Shown here in pieces: positions 55,706 through 64,000 of a stretch of DNA of 64,000 nt. A program made the position numbers and the translations under genes. Origin of the DNA: the human T2T-CHM13v2.0 reference genome, Homo sapiens. Location: NCBI RefSeq assembly GCF_009914755.1, contig NC_060928.1; one strand, 5' to 3'. How positions within the stretch are numbered: the first letter of the stretch is position 1; the number at the start of each line of letters is the position of its first letter. Below the pieces are notes generated by a model. It did not search any database and was not told where the DNA came from. It saw only the letters and a program-made list of their open reading frames with translations.

Positions 55706-57664
55706 GGAAAAGGAAACAGCAACAAAATGGAAGTTATCACAATATAGTGGTAATATTTAGAATATAAAACTAAAATGTGTAAAAATATAAAACATTTTCA
55801 TATACTGCTTTGAAAAAGAAATACAGATTAACGAAAAACTGATTTCATTAAGAGATAAAATATATAGGCAAATTTTAATTGGATTCCTTCTGTTACTGTT
55901 TTTCATATTGTTTTTGCAGAAAAGTAACATGCAGACAAAAAGGGAACTAATGAACCTGTGATGTGCATTTCCCTGAGCAGTTCCAGGACTGTGAAATCCC
56001 AATGATATCTACTTATTCTCTATGGGAAAGGCACCAGGATGAGAAATTCTCCTGAACTGTATGAACTAATCTTCACAGGAAACTTTTTAAGTAGGTTTTA
56101 TTATCCTTCAAAAAGGATAGGAAAACTGAGGCTGGGAAGGGTTAAGTAACTGGCCTATACTCATTGCAGCATAAGTATCACAGCTTAAATGTGTTCCATT
56201 CTTTGCCTGACCCCAAACCTGTGCTCTAAAGCATTGTGGAACATCAAAAGCCTCTCTGCCTTCCCTACAGTCCAAAAATTCTCAATTTTCTACTATGGGA
56301 GCTATTAAAATTACACTAGATAAACCTGTATTTTAAAAGTATTCAAACAAAACACAACACACTTACTTAGAGCAATAATAATAAATATTACAGAATAATA
56401 TAATCCTTCCCGTTCTAAAATATTTTTAAAGAATATGATAACTTTATATTGGGTCCTAGATACCATACTGTATTTAGGGAATTTACCAAGATAGAGCTGG
56501 CTTTATTGTAAGTCAAGCAAAATGAACTGGCGTTCTTGTAAGCTGGGTTCAGTCTACTATTATCGGTTCTGTACAGTGTCTCCTCGTGTGCTAGTGAAAC
56601 AGGATGGGGGGCGAGGAACCTCCTTCCCATCTTTTACTAGCCTGAGAAGTATCTTTTCAATATTTTATAATTTTGCCTTTGGCAAAGGGCTGCTTATCTC
56701 CTGGGAATTCAGGCACATTTTGAAGATTTCCCCATAGCCAATGAGCACAGAATGATTATTCTCACAAAAGTTCTTAAGAAATGTCACCTCTCTTGTGTCT
56801 CCTTCTTTCTAGATAAGCTCTCCCCACACCTTTCTCCTGAGACAGTCTAGAATCTCCCTTTTATATTGCTGCAGAAACACAGACTCATTTCCATACACGT
56901 TTACTCCGGCACCTATAGCATAGATCAATGCTATGGACACGTGCTGTTGTGTGAGATTTAAAAGTAAATTTTCCATTCAGAGATTTTTAAAAAAAAAAAT
57001 CTGGTCATAGCAGCCATTAGTCAACTTAGTCTTCATTGCCCTCCTTTTTATTTCTAAGCATGATTCATTCAGGATATAAGATTGCATGGGCAATCATTCT
57101 AGTATTAAACACCTTGGAAAGATGAGGACCATCTTCTTCCTCCCTGTGTCTGCTTCTCTTTCTGTTCCATCTTCTTTCCTTCCCCATTTCTTTCACTCTT
57201 TCCTTCCCTGTCCAGGTCCTGTTGAATGCTGACTCAGGCCATCTGTGCTTTCCAGGCCAGCTCTTTCACTTATTGCTCATGATTTTGGCCAAGCCATTTA
57301 AAATGCCTAGGCCTCAATTTCCTCATGGGTAAAGGAAGCTAATAAGGTCTACCTAATGGACCCACCCAATAAAATTCTTTTGAGAATTAAGTGGGAAAAT
57401 GTATATTAAACACATTGGAAATTCTTGTCTACAGGGGATATGTCATCAATGGGAGTTGTTACTGCTGCTGTTTCTACTAGATTCCAAATTGAGAAGAAAA
57501 TCTTTCTAAAGCAAGTATCAAGTAGAGTCAGGAGGAAGCATCTAAAGTTTCTGCAAGGACCATGGCACATCTTCTTGAACACTGCTGGGATGATTATTTG
57601 GATAATAGGAGTTGGCACCATTTTCATTATTTTATAGGCAATATAGAAATATATCTGCACTCTT

Positions 57665-57988
57665 CTTTAAAAAAATTACTAATACATAATAGTTGTATAT
57701 TTTTATGGGGTACAAGTGATATTTTGCTACCTGCATAGAAAGTGTAATGATCAAGTCAGAATGTTAAGGTTGTCCATCACCTCGAGTATTTGTCATTTCT
57801 AAGTGTTGAAAATATTTTGAGTCCTCTCTTCTAGCAATTTTGAAATATACAACATATTCTTGTTCACTACAGTCACCTTACTCTGCTATTGAACATTAGA
57901 ACGTATTCCTTCTACCTCACTGTATGTTTTACCCATTCACCAGCCTCTCTTCCTACATGCCCTACCCACACATACCCTCTCCAGCCTT
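57665..57988 (-). mobile_element. L1MA5-like 3'UTR fragment
   Basis: atacataatagttgtatatttttatggggtac..tgtaatgatcaagtcag..ctctgctattgaacattagaac. Confidence 0.82.
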
Positions 57989-58609
57989 TTTTCCCATGTT
58001 CTCTTTCTTTCATCACATAAACACTGGCTTTCTAGTCAATGGGAAACAAATTACCAAATGGTCATATTTCACAGCACAAGCTCATGTACAAACCCATGAT
58101 TAGACTTCAATCACTCAAAAAAATTATAAAATTCAACGAAAATGATATGAATATGTATGCATTTTCTGACAGAAGAGTCCAGCACTTCCACTCAATTCTA
58201 AACAAATTATAATAATCCTGAAGTGATTCTATACTGGATATATTGTGTGTAAATACATCATCAGATTTATTTTTCCCTGGAAACCTAAGGAATAAGTTTA
58301 ATATACTCCAAAAATATAGTCTAGTGCAGTGTTTTGTCACCTTTGAGATGGTAGTCCCCTTTGACAGTTTTATAAAAATTATAAACTCTCTCTCAAGATT
58401 AATAAATTGTCATCAATAATGGCTGTATTTTCAAAGGCTCCTAGTGGTAAGTTCTCCCTCATAGCAGCTAGGAACATTCCATCTCTCCCTTCCTTGACAT
58501 ATTGACTACTTTACAATCTCCCCTGATATTTCTCGGCTCTCTAGTCTCCTTTGTTCTTTGAGAGAAGGCCACAGCAGTCAGTCTTTCTACAGCATCGGCT
58601 ACCTAGGAC

Positions 58610-58797
58610 ATGGACAGAGAAGGAAAGGGACAAGGGGAAGGGGGCAAAAAGAAGATGGGACAGAAAGGTAAGAGAGTCAGACACAGGGAGGAAGGAGATA
58701 GAGACAGGAGAGAAGGAAGAAAGAGGAAAGGAGAAGAGGAAGAAAGAGAGGGAGGAAGGGGGGGATTAATGGGGGAAGGAGAAGAAGGGAAGAGAGA
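58610..58797. repeat. GA-rich low-complexity polypurine tract
   Basis: Near-continuous purines on the + strand. Confidence 0.85.
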
Positions 58798-58993
58798 ATA
58801 TGACTTGGTAGCTTTTAGTAGGTCAAGAAGTAGGTTTATAAGAAACACCTCTTTCAAACCTCTCAACTTCCTTCCCCATTCAACACATTTGCTCTAAGAT
58901 AAAGGTGAAGTAATTGAGAACAGCCTGGCCTACAGCTTTTAAAGTGACCTATGAATGGATATTATAAAGAATGTGTTAGTAATTTCCCTTTGA

Positions 58994-59485
<492 letters not shown>

Positions 59486-60284
59486 TGATGTATTTTATTT
59501 TACACAACCAAGTTACTGAGCTATACTTTACTGACAAACTATTTCTTGGAGTATGAATGAGGGGGACAACTGCCTCCTTAGTGAACTGAACAAAAAAATC
59601 CCTTCTATGCCAGTTTTGCTCTTTTGTCTTGATACAACATTAGATGTCTCTGACATTTTTGCTACAAAATAAATTATTTTCAACACAGTTTAACAAATAT
59701 GAATTGGATTTCTTATAGCTTTCTTATACTGAGCCAAAGAAATAGAAAAATTATATCTGCTCTAAAAATGGAGAGGACTGCAAATGTCAGGGGTGAGTTG
59801 CATCCATCAAAAAAAGTCCTAACTGAAAAAAGTTATTTTTTCTAAAAATTAATTTGCTTTCTTCCTGAAAATCTCTACTGTTTCCATGATATGGTTTTCA
59901 ATCTTTTCTTTGTGCTTCTGATATCATAATTGCAAAATATTTCACTTGACTCTGCATTATTTATTCACCCATCAGTCAGTCATTTATTAGGGAAGGAACT
60001 GTAAAATCAGGTTACTTTGATACGACTTCTCTGATTTCTTCAAGATCAACATTAAAGTGGAAACACCTGGGATCTAAATAACTGGAGAAAATTTGCATAC
60101 AAAATGAATTAGCATCACCATTAAAAAGCCTCTTTTATCCTAATCTGAAGTTTATGGGGAGCAGCTAAAACTAAGAATAAAACAAATCATTCTTGGTCAG
60201 CTTTGATGGTCAGACAGTTGTCTACGGAACCCCAAGTCTATGAGCAAAGTGACTCAGTTTACGTATGGGGCCAACATAATAGTC

Positions 60285-60597
<313 letters not shown>

Positions 60598-61131
60598 GGT
60601 AGTCTTTAGTTTCTGAGAAGAGGCAGAAACGGCTAGTTCCTTAAAACCCTGTAATGAGGAGTTACTGGGTAAAGTTAGAAAGCTTAATTATAAGATGGTC
60701 TGATGGACATGTTTACCCCCAACGAGTGAGTCAATTTAGATCACATTTTCTGCTTTCCAGACTGATTATTAACCCATTTGTTTCCTCACCTCCAAAGCTG
60801 GTGGTGACTCATCCCATGCTAAAACGGCCTTGTTGAAGGGAACAAATGGCTGTGACCTGATATTAATGTCACTTTGTTCCTATAGCCATTCCTCCTTTTG
60901 GGGTGACTGACTATTAAGAACTCAAGTGTAGGTAAATTTAGAAATACAGAAGCCACTTCTCTCCATACCCAGGTAGACGGAAAGAATCAAGTTCTCATGC
61001 TGGGCCAGTGTGCCCACTATCCTTCCAAAGGTGAAACTACCACACTGGAGTTTCTTAATTTATTTCCCCATCTGATGGGTTTCAGGGATGCCTGCAAATC
61101 TCACCTTTCTCTCTTACACTCATTATTGTCA

Positions 61132-61337
61132 TAGTGTTTCTCAAACTCAGCACTATTTTGGGCCAAATATTTTGGTTTGTTTTGGAGGGGTATCCTGTGT
61201 ATTGTAGGATGATTAGCAGCATCCTTGGCCTCTATCTACTAAATATCAGAAGTATTCTCCCACTGTAGCAATAAAAATGTTGCTAGACATTCTCTAATGT
61301 CCCCTAGGGGTAATATCACCCTGGATAGAGAACCACT
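61132..61337 (+). mobile_element. MER20 hAT-Charlie element
   Basis: agtgtttctcaaactcagcactatt..tgtaggatgattagcagcatccttggcctcta..gagaaccact. Confidence 0.85.
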
Positions 61338-62503
61338 CTACTAAGTCTACGAACTTGACTAATGAGAGTGCCATGGATTCTTGATTTCAGCCCTAGTGAC
61401 TCAGATTTTACACATGATTTTCACAATATTATCTATATAATTTGCTATATATTAACTATATAACTCCCTAGAATACACTGGCTTATAAGCAATAAATCAA
61501 ATGCACTTGGATTTAGCATTGAGCATTTTATAACCCTCAAAAAAAGCTGAGCCTTTGTTTTTGTAAGAATTTGGCTATGGCAGAACCAATGAGACCATAC
61601 CTCCCCAAAATAAAACCCATCTTGCAAGTTATGACCACCTATATTCAAATGGTAGCCTAGGACTGGAGCAAAGAGCAAACAGCTATCAGTTCTTAATTTT
61701 ACTCTTGATTGCTTCTTATTTTTCTTTACTGGGTTGAACTGATCAGACTTTGCACATATTAGCCTATGTGACCTAATTCTTTTCCTCCTATGTTTTCTGT
61801 TTCAAGGCTCTTGATCACTGTCATTTTCATTGGCCCCACTCCTGCGTAATAGTTCCTTCTTTAATATAGTTCTCACTCCAACTTCTGTTTTATATTCCAA
61901 ATCTGTGATCGTCACTTTTCTCTTTCATCTTTTAATGCATCACCAGCTTAGACCTATGGTACCCAGTTGGCCTCAATTCACTAGTGTCATCCTGGCATCT
62001 TTTTGACTTCTCTGTTCTGAATCTGTTCATTTCATGTCATAACAGATCACTTAGAACATGAAAAAGTAAGAGAAAGCAATTTAACAAAGGGGCAAAAATA
62101 AAAAACCATACATTCTCAGAAATAAGCATGCAAACTTTATAACTTCTGAGAACACCACATTATCACATGACAGTGTACCAAGTGTCATTTGCAGTAATGA
62201 TTTTGAGCCTTCAATAAAGGAGTATGTGTGCTCTCCTTAAGAAGAAAAAAATACTATATTTAGAAATAGTTTCAACTCATCTGGTTAATATAGCAGTTGC
62301 AACACCTGAAGTGATGAGCTCAAATTTTCTGCAAAACACAGTTATGTGAAACACTATGTTACCTAAATATTTATTAGCCAATTTGTATTTATGCTTATTA
62401 TGTTGAATTGTATATGGTTGCTAGTTTTACAAATATTATAAAATTTGGTAAACATTTTATGAATATTAACAATTATGTATTCAACCAAAATAATACTGAA
62501 AGG

Positions 62504-62591
62504 TTTTTTTTGTTTTTTGTTTTTTTTTCAAGTTCCAGGATACATGTGCAGGACGTGGAATTTTGTTACTTAGGTAAATAAATGTATGCCA
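62504..62591 (-). mobile_element. Very short L1 3' terminus (L1PA8A-PA13-like)
   Basis: T-rich tail followed by aagttccaggatacatgtgcaggacgtg..ttgttac.taggtaaa..tgcca. Confidence 0.85.
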
Positions 62592-62627
62592 GGCCATACC
62601 ACCCTGAACATGCCGGATCTTGTCTGA
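62592..62627 (+). pseudogene. 5S rRNA fragment (nt ~7-42)
   Basis: ggccataccaccctgaacatgccggatcttgtctga matches human 5S GGCCATACCACCCTGAACGCGCCCGATCTCGTCTGA (recalled) at 32/36. All four mismatches are in CpG dinucleotides. Confidence 0.9.
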
Positions 62628-63736
62628 AACTTCTCTAAATGCAAGACAATACAAACTAGCAATGCCTTCTTCAAAAGCCAAACACACTTAAAGTTTTATG
62701 AAAATAATTTTCATTTTGCTAATGTTTCATCAATGCTTCCTTCTTGCGTGGATAGCTTCATGATTCCAGAAACTCAAGAACATTAACTGAACAATCAACT
62801 AAAACAGTGCAAGTAATGACTCCACAAGACAGCGCAAGTAATGACTCTATAGCCAATGGATAAATAAGAAAATGAGGTGATTATTTTAATTAGCAAATCT
62901 ATTTGCAAAGGACCCTTCACGGATCCTCAAGTTTCTGTTTTGCCATGTTTAGTGCATTTCAATTGCAAATGTCAACAATTGCATTTTTTGGATTCTAATC
63001 TCCAGCAGCATAATAAATAATGTGCACTGCATTTGTCATTTTAAGATGACAGCACTCAGCGGTAAGAACCTAACAAACAAAACAAGCTAAAGAATCATTA
63101 AGTTTCAGTACGCAAGTGCCACCTTAACAAGTGATCATTGAAGTAATATTTTCTGCAATAAAACCCCTACAGTTGCTAATCATTGATGATAGCTGATGCT
63201 AGAAACCAAAAACAGATACACATCTTCAGTACATGAGATGGAATATAAGACAGAAAGTAAGTAAGGAGAAGGAAAAGGAGACAGAAAGAAACCTAATTAT
63301 ATCAGACACCCAGGAACTCTGAAATGAACTCGTTTCATCTCAGAGGAACATGAAGAAATATAGAGGAGTCAATTTAAATTTATTATCTGCCTGCTGCTGT
63401 TTCAGCTGCTGCTAACAGACGTTGCATAGAGAACCTATGGGGAGAACAGCATTTTTATATGTTCTCCTGGTAAGAAGCTGGGGTGAGGGTGTTGAGGATG
63501 AATGTAAATGTGAATATATGGTACTTCATCAGGACCAAGTTTTATGTTACCATCTCAAGGGAGCTAAGTAAAATAAAAGTTCAATGAATATTTGCTGAAT
63601 AAATAAATGATGCAGTGATTCCAAGACTCCCTAGAAATCCATTGTGTGGTTCAGTAGAGTCTAGTACTGAACCATCACCTCTCATCAGCAGTGGCAAGAA
63701 GAAATCTTTGTGTCAGGTAAAAGAAGAAACAATAGG

Positions 63737-64000
<264 letters not shown>

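Noticed and set aside
56915-56934. Near-palindrome atagcatagatcaatgctat
   Set aside because: Short and imperfect, within what 64 kb of AT-rich DNA could give by chance.
62592-62627. Functional 5S rRNA gene
   Set aside because: Only 36 of ~120 nt, lacking the internal box A/C promoter.

Overview
Primate, most likely human, AT-rich intronic DNA. The only protein-coding sequence I can support is one minus-strand alternative first exon of KCNIP4 (KChIP4) at 41564-41651. It encodes MSGCRKRCKREILKFAQYLLRLLTGSLHT, ends at a phase-1 GT donor, and sits in a ~5.5 kb stretch with no recognisable transposon. The rest is intron: an RPL31 processed pseudogene, 16 Alus, about 12 L1 pieces, MaLR/ERV LTRs, a near-full-length nested Tigger1, other DNA-transposon fossils and simple repeats. 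Almost all listed ORFs are repeat-derived or chance. I found no new multi-gene system. The most unusual observations are mechanistic: (1) a 5S rRNA 5' fragment fused in inverted orientation to an L1 3' end, resembling twin priming on a second RNA; (2) four separate 5'-inverted L1 insertions, one a young GCG/A-type L1 with only an 18-nt inversion; (3) a perfect 13-bp inverted repeat clamping a (CA)n tract, read as (UG)n on the KCNIP4 strand; (4) several templated local duplications. Family and subfamily names come from my recall of consensus sequences, not from a database run.
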